From Minisyncoccota bacterium (GTDB lineage: Bacteria; Patescibacteriota; Minisyncoccia; Phycocordibacterales; UBA6065): 64,000 nucleotides of DNA. The DNA is taken from assembly GCA_035546035.1 (NCBI GenBank), contig DASZXC010000008.1, forward strand, positions 123,951 through 187,950. The letters are read 5' to 3'. The position numbers and the translations under genes are program-made. This document shows, in pieces, positions 8,409 to 18,232 of the stretch (within the stretch, counting starts at the first letter, position 1; each line of letters opens with the position of its first letter). Under the pieces are notes generated by a model that searched no databases, had not been told where the DNA came from, and saw nothing but the letters and a program-made list of their open reading frames with translations.

Positions 8409-9206
8409 ATGATCAAACACATGAAAATCATATATCGAGCATCGTCTGCCGCCGCTGCGCTCCTTGCCGCCGCTTCGGTCCATGCTCAAGCGATCCCTCA
8501 GCAGACCGTAACGCCGCCTCCGCCCCCTCCGAACATCGTAGCCCCGACGCCGGCGACCCCTGCGATCGGAGCAGGTTCTTCGGCGAGCGTCGTCTCTGAG
8601 ACGGCGCCTGCCGCCAATACGGCGGCTTCTTCGGGAGGTACCGCGTTGGCGGCTCCCGGCAACGCTTCGGCATCGGGCGAAGCTCCTGTCGGAAACGTCA
8701 CGGCAAAGCCGACGGCTGATCCTTTGTCGAGCCTTAACGCTCCCGGCGCTTCGACGGCAGGAAAGACGAATACGCCCGTCACGGCTCCCGTGAAAAGCAC
8801 GACAAGCGCTGCTACGGGCGCCATCTCTTCGCTCCTTCCGGTCGATGCGGCGAACCAGCTCTCGTCGAATGCAAATATCGTGTCTGATAAGCTTCGTGGC
8901 GCCATCGATAAGCTCGTCGCGGCCCGCGACAAGATCGTCGTGAGGAACGAGGCAGTGAAGGCGCGCGCGGCAGCCGGCACGGCTTCTGAGGCCGACGCTA
9001 AACTCGCAATGGCGGACGCCAAGCTCGCCCTCGCGCGTGCGGCGGTAACGGCGATCGCTGCTTCGATATCAGGCAGATCGACGGTCGAATCGGCGGCGAC
9101 GGCTCTCGAGTCGGCTGATGAAATCGCCCGCACGTCCATTCGCGCCGCGCAGGGCGCTTTGAAAGCCGCCCTTACAGTTCTTCAGGCCGCCGAGGCGAAT
9201 AAATAA
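8409..9206 (+). CDS. Secreted Pro/Ala/Ser/Thr-rich protein with helical C-terminus
   Basis: Signal peptide (VHA-Q), low-complexity linker, Ala-rich helices; alternative start 8421. Confidence 0.7.
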   Translation: MIKHMKIIYRASSAAAALLAAASVHAQAIPQQTVTPPPPPPNIVAPTPATPAIGAGSSASVVSETAPAANTAASSGGTALAAPGNASASGEAPVGNVTAKPTADPLSSLNAPGASTAGKTNTPVTAPVKSTTSAATGAISSLLPVDAANQLSSNANIVSDKLRGAIDKLVAARDKIVVRNEAVKARAAAGTASEADAKLAMADAKLALARAAVTAIAASISGRSTVESAATALESADEIARTSIRAAQGALKAALTVLQAAEANK

Positions 9207-9212
9207 ACGCAT

Positions 9213-9500
9213 ATGAACCCACAAGAAAATTCAAGCAACCGCGCATACTGGATGATCCTCGCTGGCGTCGCTCTCCTCGCTGCTTTGGGCCTCGTCGCGT
9301 TCTATCTCTATCTCCAGAAAGAGGCCGCTCAGACGCCCGTTGACCAGACTCCCGTCACGACGGTTCCTGTGAATAGCGGCTCGCAGCAGAATGCGGCGTC
9401 ATCGGGCTCTCAAAGCGGGGCCACGACTGCAGAGCAGGATCTTTCGGGGGACGTGCTTTCAGGCACTGAATACAATCTCCGCGCTGGTTTGAGCCAATAA
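9213..9500 (+). CDS. Small single-pass membrane protein
   Basis: 95 aa; TM helix followed by S/T/Q-rich tail. Confidence 0.7.
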   Translation: MNPQENSSNRAYWMILAGVALLAALGLVAFYLYLQKEAAQTPVDQTPVTTVPVNSGSQQNAASSGSQSGATTAEQDLSGDVLSGTEYNLRAGLSQ

Positions 9501-9545
9501 TGGCCGATTGACGCCCTTTGTCAGGCGAGGGATAATTTTCTTAGT

Positions 9546-9683
9546 ATGAACCCTCTAGACCATCCTGTGATAGCGGGGTTTGCAGTCATCGTCGCGACCG
9601 GCCTGTGGCTCGTCTTGCTCAAGGCAAGGCAGGCTCCCAAAGGCATCGAAGACGAGCAGGGGTTCCATTATGCCGAAAAATAG
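9546..9683 (+). CDS. 45-aa small membrane protein (below ORF-track cutoff)
   Basis: Manual translation MNPLDHPVIAGFAVIVATGLWLVLLKARQAPKGIEDEQGFHYAEK; TTGACG at 9508 upstream. Confidence 0.6.
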   Translation: MNPLDHPVIAGFAVIVATGLWLVLLKARQAPKGIEDEQGFHYAEK

Positions 9684-9784
9684 CCCCATACCCCGAAGCG
9701 TTGCGAGAGCGGCCTTAAAGGCCGCTCTTTTCCGTTTAGCCGTCTGCGCCCGTCTTGCGGTATAATAGATACACCGCTCTCTCT

Positions 9785-11536
9785 ATGTACATCGAAGAAT
9801 CCCAGCTCAAGCAATTCATCGCTGATTCGGGCCTCGTCTCGAAGAAAGACATGACCGATGCTCAGACAGAAGCCAAAGCCAAGAAGACGGGTCTCGGAGA
9901 GATCCTCGTCAACCACGGAAAGATATCCGAAGACGATCTCCGCAAGATGCAGGCATACATCCTTGGCATCCCGTTCGTGGATCTCAAGGGCCAGAAAATA
10001 GATTTCGCCATCCTCTCTCTCATTCCCGAGCCGATCGCGCGAAACCATAATATCGTCGCGTTCAAGAAAGACCCTTCGGCTCTCGAGGTTGCCATGCTCG
10101 ACACCGACGACCTTTCGGCCATCGATTTCATAAAGAAGAAGACCGGCCTCAAGATCCTCTCGCGCCTCACCGATACCGAATCCATAAAATCGGTCCTTCT
10201 CCAATATCAGAAGAGCCTTAAGGCCGAATTCGGCGATCTCATAAAAAACGAGACCGCGACTCTGAAAGCGCTCTCCGAGGAGATCGGTTCGAAAGGGAAG
10301 AGCGGCGACGACCTGAAGAAGATGGCCGAGGACCTGCCGGTCATCCGCATCGTGGATACGCTCTTAAAGCATGCCATCATCCAGGGCGCATCCGATATAC
10401 ATATCGAGCCTCTGGAAAAAGAGCTTTTGGTCCGCTACCGCATAGACGGCCTCCTCCACGACGCTATGGTCCTGCCGAAAGAAGCCGAGATGTCCATCAC
10501 GGCGCGCATCAAGGTGCTCTCGAACCTCAAGCTCGACGAGAAGCGCCTTCCGCAGGACGGACGATTCAAAGTAGAGATGAACGGCGAGAAAGTCTCGCTC
10601 CGCGTCTCTATCATGCCGACGTTCTATGGCGAAAAGACGGTGATGCGCCTGCTCCGTGAATCGGTTTCCGGATTCACGCTCGAGCATCTCGGTTTCCACG
10701 GCCCTGCGCTTGAACGGATCCACGATGCGACGCGATTGGCGACGGGCATGATCCTGGCTACAGGCCCTACGGGTTCGGGCAAATCGACGACGCTCTATAC
10801 GGTCCTCGATATCCTGAACCAGCCCGACGTGAATATCGCGACGGTCGAAGATCCTGTCGAATATCAGATGCCGCGCGTGAACCAGACCCAGGTCCGCCCC
10901 GACATCGGATTCACGTTCGCGTCGGGCCTCCGATCCCTTGTCCGCCAGGATCCGGACATCATCATGGTAGGCGAGATCCGCGACAACGAGACGGCGTCCC
11001 TTGCCGTGAACGCGGCTCTTACGGGTCACCTCGTGCTTTCGACCCTTCATACCAATTCCGCCGCGGGCTCCATGCCGCGCCTCATGGATATGAAGATCGA
11101 GCCGTTCCTGCTCGCTTCAACGCTTGCCGTCGTCATCGGCCAGCGCCTCGTGCGGCGCCTCGCGGACAATAAAGACCTCAAGCCTTTGACTAAGGCCGAG
11201 CTCGGCGCATTGGGCAAGGTCGTGGATCTTGACCGCATGCTCGCGCTTCTCCGCGACGAGAAGATCATCGGTCCGAAGGACGATTGGGCTAAGGTCATGT
11301 TCGGCTCCCCTCGCGCCGAAGGCGACAATGACGGATACAAGGGCCGCGTCGGCATCCATGAAGTGCTCAAGATGACGCCGACGATCAGGGAGCTGATCAT
11401 GAAAGGAGCGACGTCCGCCGAGATCGAGGCGCAGGCCAAGAAAGAGGGAATGATCACCATGCTCGAAGACGGCATATTCTCCGCCGCTCAGGGCCTGACG
11501 ACGATCGAAGAGGTTCTCCGCGTGGTTTCCGAATAG
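9785..11536 (+). CDS. pilB: Type IV pilus assembly ATPase (GspE/PilB family)
   Basis: ASDIHIEP, Walker A GPTGSGKST, VEDPVEY, RQDPDIIMVGEIRD, TGHLVLSTLHTN. Confidence 0.93.
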   Translation: MYIEESQLKQFIADSGLVSKKDMTDAQTEAKAKKTGLGEILVNHGKISEDDLRKMQAYILGIPFVDLKGQKIDFAILSLIPEPIARNHNIVAFKKDPSALEVAMLDTDDLSAIDFIKKKTGLKILSRLTDTESIKSVLLQYQKSLKAEFGDLIKNETATLKALSEEIGSKGKSGDDLKKMAEDLPVIRIVDTLLKHAIIQGASDIHIEPLEKELLVRYRIDGLLHDAMVLPKEAEMSITARIKVLSNLKLDEKRLPQDGRFKVEMNGEKVSLRVSIMPTFYGEKTVMRLLRESVSGFTLEHLGFHGPALERIHDATRLATGMILATGPTGSGKSTTLYTVLDILNQPDVNIATVEDPVEYQMPRVNQTQVRPDIGFTFASGLRSLVRQDPDIIMVGEIRDNETASLAVNAALTGHLVLSTLHTNSAAGSMPRLMDMKIEPFLLASTLAVVIGQRLVRRLADNKDLKPLTKAELGALGKVVDLDRMLALLRDEKIIGPKDDWAKVMFGSPRAEGDNDGYKGRVGIHEVLKMTPTIRELIMKGATSAEIEAQAKKEGMITMLEDGIFSAAQGLTTIEEVLRVVSE

Positions 11537-11548
11537 ATCTCGAACAAA

Positions 11549-12763
11549 ATGCTTTTCTCATACACAGCGGTTCGAAAAGACGGCACCCATTACGAGGATA
11601 CGCTCGAGGCTGCCGACAAATTCGCTCTTTATAAAGAGCTCCATGCCCGCGGCGAGACCGTGCTCTCCGTTTCCGACAAGAGATCGAAGCCGAACGCGCT
11701 CAAGCGCTTCGCATCGATTAGCCTCGGCGGCATAAAGGCCGAAGACAGGATCCTTTTTGCCAAGAATCTCTCCGCTATGATCAAGGCGGGCCTTCCTCTG
11801 TCGCGCTCGCTCGCGGTCCTCGATCGCCAGATGAATAAGAAGCAGTGGAAGGGGATCATTGCGTCTCTCGAAGACTCTCTCTCCAAAGGGTCGAGCTTTT
11901 CCCAGGCTCTGGCAGCGTTCCCGAAGTATTTCCCGCCGTTCCTCACGTCCATGGTCGCCGTGGGCGAAGAATCCGGATCGCTCTCCCAGTCCCTTTTGAT
12001 CGTCGCGGACCAGCTGGAGAAATCGCATAACCTCCAGAAAAAAGTCCGCGGCGCGATGATATATCCAGCTATCATCCTTACCGTCATGGCGGCGATCGGC
12101 GTCATGATGTTCGTATTCGTCGTGCCGAAATTGACCGCGACGTTCGCTTCATTCAATACCGAGCTTCCTCTCGCTACCCGCTCCGTCATCGCGGCGAGCG
12201 ATTTCTTCAGCCATTACTGGCTCATCGTCCTTGTCGCGCTTATCCTCGTCGTCCTTGGCGTATATGCATTGGCGAAGACCGCCGGAGGCAAGAGGGCGAT
12301 CCACAAGCTCATCCTCAAGCTACCTATCACCGGCAAGATCGCGGTCAATATAAATACCGCCCGCACGGCCCGAACCCTTTCGTCCATGCTCGCGTCGGGT
12401 GTCGATGTCGTCGCGGCGCTCCGCATCACGGGCGACGTCGTCCAGAACATCCATTATCGCGCGATGCTCCAGAAAGCCGCCGATGATATACAAAAAGGCT
12501 CCACGCTCCAGTCGCTTTTCGTCAGCCGCGAAGACATATATCCGGCATTCATAGCCGAGATGATCGGGGTGGGAGAGGAGACAGGCACGCTCTCGAAGAC
12601 TCTCCTCGAAGTCGCGTCGTTCTATGAAGCCGAAGTTGAGGAAAAGACCAAGGACATGTCCACTATCATCGAGCCTGTGCTCATGGTGATCATCGGCATC
12701 GGCGTCGGTTTCTTCGCGCTCGCCATGATATCGCCGATCTACTCGCTCTCGAGCGCTATATAG
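11549..12763 (+). CDS. pilC: Type IV pilus platform protein (GspF/PilC family)
   Basis: Two GspF repeats (GEESGSL, GEETGTL), AMIYP, IEPVLM. Confidence 0.92.
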   Translation: MLFSYTAVRKDGTHYEDTLEAADKFALYKELHARGETVLSVSDKRSKPNALKRFASISLGGIKAEDRILFAKNLSAMIKAGLPLSRSLAVLDRQMNKKQWKGIIASLEDSLSKGSSFSQALAAFPKYFPPFLTSMVAVGEESGSLSQSLLIVADQLEKSHNLQKKVRGAMIYPAIILTVMAAIGVMMFVFVVPKLTATFASFNTELPLATRSVIAASDFFSHYWLIVLVALILVVLGVYALAKTAGGKRAIHKLILKLPITGKIAVNINTARTARTLSSMLASGVDVVAALRITGDVVQNIHYRAMLQKAADDIQKGSTLQSLFVSREDIYPAFIAEMIGVGEETGTLSKTLLEVASFYEAEVEEKTKDMSTIIEPVLMVIIGIGVGFFALAMISPIYSLSSAI

Positions 12764-13231
12764 ATGAAAACTCCTGTTCCCACAACGCGCGGATTCAATA
12801 TCGTCGAGCTCCTCCTCGTCATCGCCATTCTTAGCCTGGTCGTGGGCGTTTCCGTCCAGTCCTATGTGAACTTCTCGCGCGCGCAAAGCCTCGCCGCCTC
12901 GGCTTCGGCTCTCGCCGGCGCGCTCCGCGACGCCCGCGCGCGCACCCTCGCCTCTGTTTCCGCCTCCCAGTACGGCGTGAAGACCGACACGAACATATTC
13001 ACGGTCTTCAAGGGCTCTTCGTTCTCTTCGTCCACCCCGGGGAACGAGACGTTCACGTTCCCTTATCCCGTGGCCGCTTCCTCGTCTTCGTCCATGCGCA
13101 CGGTCACGTTCACCCGCGTGACGGGGAACGCGTCGGCGTCTGGTACAATTGACCTGTACCTTCCTGGCCTCCCCGGTGTCCAGAAAAAGACGGTCTCCAT
13201 ACAGAATACGGGGCTCGTAAGCATCCAATAG
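12764..13231 (+). CDS. Minor pilin (FimT/GspH-like)
   Basis: Class III signal RG|FNIVELLLVIAI. Confidence 0.85.
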   Translation: MKTPVPTTRGFNIVELLLVIAILSLVVGVSVQSYVNFSRAQSLAASASALAGALRDARARTLASVSASQYGVKTDTNIFTVFKGSSFSSSTPGNETFTFPYPVAASSSSSMRTVTFTRVTGNASASGTIDLYLPGLPGVQKKTVSIQNTGLVSIQ

Positions 13232-13693
13232 ATGAATCCCAAAGGATCAGTGATTCTCGAAGTCGTGGTCGCCGCGTCCATCATGGCCGTCGTCGCTCTC
13301 GCATTCCTCGGCAGCTTCGCTGTCCTCACGCGCGTCCATGAAAGGAATATGTTGTTCATCAAGGGCGACCTCCTCGCCGAAGAGGGCCTCGAGGCGATGC
13401 GCTTCATCAAGGCCGCGGGCTGGAACAACCTTTCCGGCATTCCTTCCGGTACGGCGCGATATCTGGCCGTCGGCGTCTCGGCCTGGAGCGTCACGACGAC
13501 TCCTGAAAGGATCGACGGCGATTTCTACCGCACCATAAGGGTCTATCAGGTATCAAGGAATTCGTCCGACGACATCGTCGCGTCGGGCGGGACCGTCGAC
13601 GCGAATACGCTCCTTACCGAATCGAGCGTCTCGTGGTCGTATCGCGGCGCCACGACGACCGTAACATATAAGGCTTATGTCACGAACATCTAA
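13232..13693 (+). CDS. Minor pilin (PilV-like)
   Basis: KG|SVILEVVVA; LAEEGLEAMR. Confidence 0.8.
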   Translation: MNPKGSVILEVVVAASIMAVVALAFLGSFAVLTRVHERNMLFIKGDLLAEEGLEAMRFIKAAGWNNLSGIPSGTARYLAVGVSAWSVTTTPERIDGDFYRTIRVYQVSRNSSDDIVASGGTVDANTLLTESSVSWSYRGATTTVTYKAYVTNI

Positions 13694-14195
13694 AGGATAT
13701 ACTCTCGTCGAGATGCTCGTCTATATCGCGCTCATCGCGCTCCTCTTCAGCGCGCTCGCGGCGGCGGTCTCACAGATATCGAAATCAGAGCGCCGCGCCC
13801 GCGCATTCCTCGACATAAACTCTGCGGCCATATCGGCATTCAGTCGCTTCTCGCGCGACATCCGCCGCGCTACGTCCATCGATATCGTGAACAGTACGCT
13901 CTCCGCGAGCTCAGGCAAGCTCGCTCTCATCATGAAGAATGCCGACGGCACGTCTTCGACGACGAAATTCTATCTGTCCGCCGACGGCATGGTCAAAGTC
14001 GAGCAGGACGGCGTATACGCCGGAAGCGTGACATCCGACAACATGCAGGTTTCGAACCTGACGTTCTGGAAATTCTCGCAGGCTTCGACCACGGCAGTGA
14101 GGATAGAGATGACGCTCGCTCCCGATGCTTCCACAACCGTGCCGGCGCTTAACTTCTACGGCACGTACGTCCTGCGAGGCTCATATCTTGAATAA
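13677..14195 (+). CDS. Minor pilin (PilW/GspJ-like)
   Basis: KG|YTLVEMLVYIAL; SRDIRRA. Confidence 0.85.
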   Translation: MSRTSKGYTLVEMLVYIALIALLFSALAAAVSQISKSERRARAFLDINSAAISAFSRFSRDIRRATSIDIVNSTLSASSGKLALIMKNADGTSSTTKFYLSADGMVKVEQDGVYAGSVTSDNMQVSNLTFWKFSQASTTAVRIEMTLAPDASTTVPALNFYGTYVLRGSYLE

Positions 14196-14207
14196 CTAAG
14201 GCCTTCC

Positions 14208-15938
14208 ATGAAAAAAATATACGAAACGCAGAAAGGATTCGCTCTCATGACCGCGCTCATATTTGTCCTCGTGGGCGGGGCGGTGATCGTGGGCGGCATC
14301 GCGGACGCCGTCTCGCGCGAGGTCAAAACGGTCCGCAACGAATCTAATTCCAAGCAGAGCTACTACACGTCTGAGTCGTCTCTCGAAGACTCCATATACA
14401 GGATCAAAAACAGCAAGCAGATCGGATCGGTCGAGACGCTCGCTATCGGCACGACGAAGGCAACTTCCACTATTGTTACGGGCTCTGATGGCGACAAGCA
14501 GATAGATTCGGCGAGCGACGTCGTCGGCACGAACCGCACGACCGAAGCGACGCTCGATATAACTGCGGGCGTGTCATTCCCATTCGTGCTCCAGGGCGGA
14601 GTAGGGGGCATAGACCTGAATAGCGGCTCGGTTACGGGCGATATCTATACGACCGGATCAATCCGCGGCTGCGGATTCTGCAGCATATCAGGCCTCGCCA
14701 CGGCAGCGGGCGGATCGTCGGCTGACTTGGACCAAGATAATTCATCGCCTTCGACGCCGACTAATTCCATAAGCTTCGCTTCGACGACGAATGCCCAGGA
14801 CTTTGCGCAGAGCTTCACTGTTTCGCAGACGCTTTCGATCGCCGATCTCCAGCTATATATAAAGAAAGTGGGCAGTCCTTCGAATGCGACCATCAGGATC
14901 ACGACGAATAGTTCCGGCTCGCCGTCGAATACGGTTCTTGCGAGCGGCACACTCTCCTCGTCCCTGGTTTCGACGTCGTATTCATGGGAAGACATCACCC
15001 TCACGGCCAATCCGATACTGACCATGGGCACGACCTATTGGATAGTCATAGACGCTAATAACAACTCCTCGAATTATTACGTCATCGCCGCGAATAATAA
15101 CGCCTATAGCTCCGGCTCGGCGAAGCTTGGTAAATACAACACGTCGTGGAGCAACGTCTCTCCGGCGACTCTCGATGCGTATTTCAGGATCTATATCGGC
15201 ACGAATCAGACGAGTATCGAAGGCATAGACAGCTATACCGGATTCACGGTCGGAAGCGCGTATGGATACAACGTATCGAACGTGACCTCGTCGGGCGTGC
15301 TCTACTGCCAGACAGGAAGCGAGAATAACAAGGCCTGTGACACGTCCCGCGGCGATCCTCCGATAGAGCAATATCCCGCGGCCGACTCGACCATCACGGG
15401 TTGGAAGGCTACTGCAGCCGCAGGCGGCACGTATTCGGGCAATCGAAGCGTCGATTGGTCGGGCGCGACCATCGGCCCGCAGAAGATAAGCGGCAACCTG
15501 ACGGTTTCCGGCGGCGGAACGCTCGTCGTATCTGGCATAATATGGGTCACGGGCGACGTGACGATAAACGGCGGCGCGACCGTCATGCCGCAGGGAACGG
15601 GCAAAAGCTTCGCCATCATCTCTGACGGCAAGATAAGCCTCAACGGCGGCGCGAGCATCACCGGAAGCTCTGGAAACGGCCACATACTCCTCGTTTCCAC
15701 CAATACGGCCGATCCGGCCATCACCATAAACGGCGGGGCGAATGATACGGTCGTTTTCGTGCCGTACGGCGGCCTCCTCATCACCGGCGGCGCCACCGCA
15801 AAAGCGGCTTCGGCAAAGCATATAACGACCGACGGCGGGGCGAACCTCATATATGACCCTTCTGTAGCGAGTTTGAACCTTACCGGCGGTACGACCGAAG
15901 GCTCTTTCGGCATAAAGACCTGGAAAGAAACCCAATAG
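14208..15938 (+). CDS. Large PilX-like minor pilin with inserted beta-sandwich and Gly-rich beta-helix region
   Basis: KG|FALMTALI lacking Glu5 (PilX/GspK trait); SYYTSESSLEDSIYRI; C-terminus TWKETQ. Confidence 0.8.
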   Translation: MKKIYETQKGFALMTALIFVLVGGAVIVGGIADAVSREVKTVRNESNSKQSYYTSESSLEDSIYRIKNSKQIGSVETLAIGTTKATSTIVTGSDGDKQIDSASDVVGTNRTTEATLDITAGVSFPFVLQGGVGGIDLNSGSVTGDIYTTGSIRGCGFCSISGLATAAGGSSADLDQDNSSPSTPTNSISFASTTNAQDFAQSFTVSQTLSIADLQLYIKKVGSPSNATIRITTNSSGSPSNTVLASGTLSSSLVSTSYSWEDITLTANPILTMGTTYWIVIDANNNSSNYYVIAANNNAYSSGSAKLGKYNTSWSNVSPATLDAYFRIYIGTNQTSIEGIDSYTGFTVGSAYGYNVSNVTSSGVLYCQTGSENNKACDTSRGDPPIEQYPAADSTITGWKATAAAGGTYSGNRSVDWSGATIGPQKISGNLTVSGGGTLVVSGIIWVTGDVTINGGATVMPQGTGKSFAIISDGKISLNGGASITGSSGNGHILLVSTNTADPAITINGGANDTVVFVPYGGLLITGGATAKAASAKHITTDGGANLIYDPSVASLNLTGGTTEGSFGIKTWKETQ

Positions 15939-15959
15939 CGCCTCTGCTATAATTGGGCG

Positions 15960-16727
15960 ATGGGCATAGCAAAGAAAAGCTTCATACTGGTCGGCAATTG
16001 GAAGATGAATCCCGCTACGCGCGAAGAAGCGAAGGCGATATTTTCGCCCATTCTGCGCGCCGCAAAGGACGCTCGAAAGACTACGGTCGTCATAGCTCCT
16101 CCGGCGCCTTTTATCCGCGAGCTCGTCGGAAAAGGACCGATCCATATTTCCGCTCAGGATGTTTCCGAACATGCCGAGGGCGCTTTCACCGGCTCGGTAT
16201 CGGCGCGCGAGCTCAAGAGCGCAGGCGCAGAATACGCCATCGTCGGCCATAGCGAGCGACGCAAAGCAGGCGATACGGACGAGATCGTAGCGAAAAAAGC
16301 GGCGCAGGCTCTTGAGGCGGGCCTCCGCGTCATCGTCTGCGTCGGAGAATCCGAGCGCGACCCGAATGCACAGTATCTACGCGCCGTGCGGGAGCAGGTC
16401 ATCGGCATACTCTCTTCGGTAAATAAGAAGCTTGCGAAGTGGGTTACGATCGCCTATGAGCCTGTCTGGGCGATCGGCAAAAGCTATGACACGTCGCTCT
16501 CGCCGTCAGACATCCACGAGATGACTATATATATCCGCAAGGTCGCGGCCGAAGCCCTCGGAAAAAAAGACGGGCTCAAGATCCCCGTCCTCTATGGAGG
16601 CTCCGTCGATTTCGAGCATGCCAAAGCGATGCTCGCCGAATCGTCCGTCGACGGGCTTTTGATCGGCCGCCAGTCGCTCGATCCGAAGGCTTTCAGCGCG
16701 ATCATCGAATATGCCGACTCCCTTTAA
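15960..16727 (+). CDS. tpiA: Triosephosphate isomerase
   Basis: GNWKMN, GHSERR, AYEPVWAIG, LYGGSV. Confidence 0.96.
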   Translation: MGIAKKSFILVGNWKMNPATREEAKAIFSPILRAAKDARKTTVVIAPPAPFIRELVGKGPIHISAQDVSEHAEGAFTGSVSARELKSAGAEYAIVGHSERRKAGDTDEIVAKKAAQALEAGLRVIVCVGESERDPNAQYLRAVREQVIGILSSVNKKLAKWVTIAYEPVWAIGKSYDTSLSPSDIHEMTIYIRKVAAEALGKKDGLKIPVLYGGSVDFEHAKAMLAESSVDGLLIGRQSLDPKAFSAIIEYADSL

Positions 16728-17838
16728 GAAAATCGCAGACGAAAAGGATATCAAGGGCAAGAAGATCCTCTTGCGCCTCGATTTGAACGTCCCTATCGTC
16801 GGCGGGGAAGTCCGAGACGATTTCCGCATCCGGCGCTCGATGCCGACGCTTAAAATGCTCCGCGAAAAGGGCGCTAAGACCATCGTCATAAGCCATATCG
16901 AAAGCGATGTGACGGATTCTCTATCGCGAGTCGCCACATATATAACCGCGAAAATGCCGGTCAAGGCATTCGTCGCCAAACTCGAAGACGCTCAGAAAGT
17001 CGTGAACACCATGCAGGACGGCGATATCATCATCCTCGAAAATCTCCGCCAGGATCCGGGGGAAAAGGAGAACGACCCCGTATTCGCCGGCCGTTTGGCG
17101 TCTCTGGCCGACTATTACGTGAACGACGCGTTCGCCGTGTCGCATCGCGAGCACGCTTCGATCGTATCCGTGCCGAGACTGATCCCTCATTTCGCGGGCC
17201 CGCTTTTGGCAGAAGAGGTGGGAGAGCTTTCAAAGGCCTTCAACCCTCCGCATCCGTTCTTGTTCGTCCTCGGCGGAGCGAAATTCGACACGAAATTGCC
17301 TCTCATCGAAAAATTCCTGGATATCGCCGACTATGTTTTCGTCGGCGGCGCATTGGCGAACGATATTTACAAAGAGAAAGGCTATGAAGTCGGCATTTCG
17401 ACTATTGCTAAAGCCCGCGTCAATCTGAAGCACATCGAAAAGAACCCGCGCCTCATGATACCGGCCGACGTCGTCGTATCGAGCCCTCTTGAGAGGGTCG
17501 TGCGCGATCCCGAACTGGTCGGTCCCGGCGAAAAGATCATGGACGCCGGGCCGCGCACCATAAGCGAGCTCGCCGATCTTTTGAACGAGATCGAATTCGT
17601 GCTCTGGAACGGCCCGCTCGGCGACTATGAGAGCGGTTTCGGGGAGGGAACGGAATCTTTGGCCCGCGCCATCGCCGACAGCCATGCGAGGTCTATCATC
17701 GGCGGAGGCGACACCATCGCATCGGTCGCTAAAATGGGGCTCCTGGATAGATTCTCTTTCGTATCCACGGGCGGCGGCGCCATGATCGAATTCCTCGCTA
17801 AGGGAACCCTGCCGGGAATAGAAGCTCTTGGCGCCTAA
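16711..17838 (+). CDS. pgk: Phosphoglycerate kinase
   Basis: RLDLNVP, LENLR, VNDAFAVSHREHAS, WNGPLG, GGGDT, STGGGA. Confidence 0.96.
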   Translation: MPTPFKKIADEKDIKGKKILLRLDLNVPIVGGEVRDDFRIRRSMPTLKMLREKGAKTIVISHIESDVTDSLSRVATYITAKMPVKAFVAKLEDAQKVVNTMQDGDIIILENLRQDPGEKENDPVFAGRLASLADYYVNDAFAVSHREHASIVSVPRLIPHFAGPLLAEEVGELSKAFNPPHPFLFVLGGAKFDTKLPLIEKFLDIADYVFVGGALANDIYKEKGYEVGISTIAKARVNLKHIEKNPRLMIPADVVVSSPLERVVRDPELVGPGEKIMDAGPRTISELADLLNEIEFVLWNGPLGDYESGFGEGTESLARAIADSHARSIIGGGDTIASVAKMGLLDRFSFVSTGGGAMIEFLAKGTLPGIEALGA

Positions 17839-18200
17839 GTCCGGAGATTGTCGCGGATAAGCTCTGCATTTTTGGCGAAATCTTTCGGATCCCCGGCGAT
17901 ATTCTTATCCGGATATATCCAGATGTGCGCATGGGGCACTTCTTCGCCTATGATCTTTGAGAGGACGAAGTCGGTGTCGAAGGCTTTTTTCTGGGCAAGG
18001 GCGATTTTGCGCGCGATCTCGAAATATGCGCCTGCATTCGGAACGTCCCAGACCCAGCGATAGTGCTTTTTCGGTATGACGAGCGCGTGTCCCGGCGAAA
18101 GGGGATTTATATCGAGAAATCCCAGGAAATCAGGGTCCTCGTAGACCTTGTGGGCGGGTATCGTTCCCGCAACTATCTTACAGAATATGCAGCTTTCCAT
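17835..18200 (-). CDS. HIT family nucleotide hydrolase
   Basis: CIFCKI, DINPLSPGHALVIPKKH, VPHAHIW. Confidence 0.9.
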   Translation of the reverse strand: MESCIFCKIVAGTIPAHKVYEDPDFLGFLDINPLSPGHALVIPKKHYRWVWDVPNAGAYFEIARKIALAQKKAFDTDFVLSKIIGEEVPHAHIWIYPDKNIAGDPKDFAKNAELIRDNLRT

Positions 18201-18232
18201 ATCTCGATGATATCACATGCTAAAATACGCTT

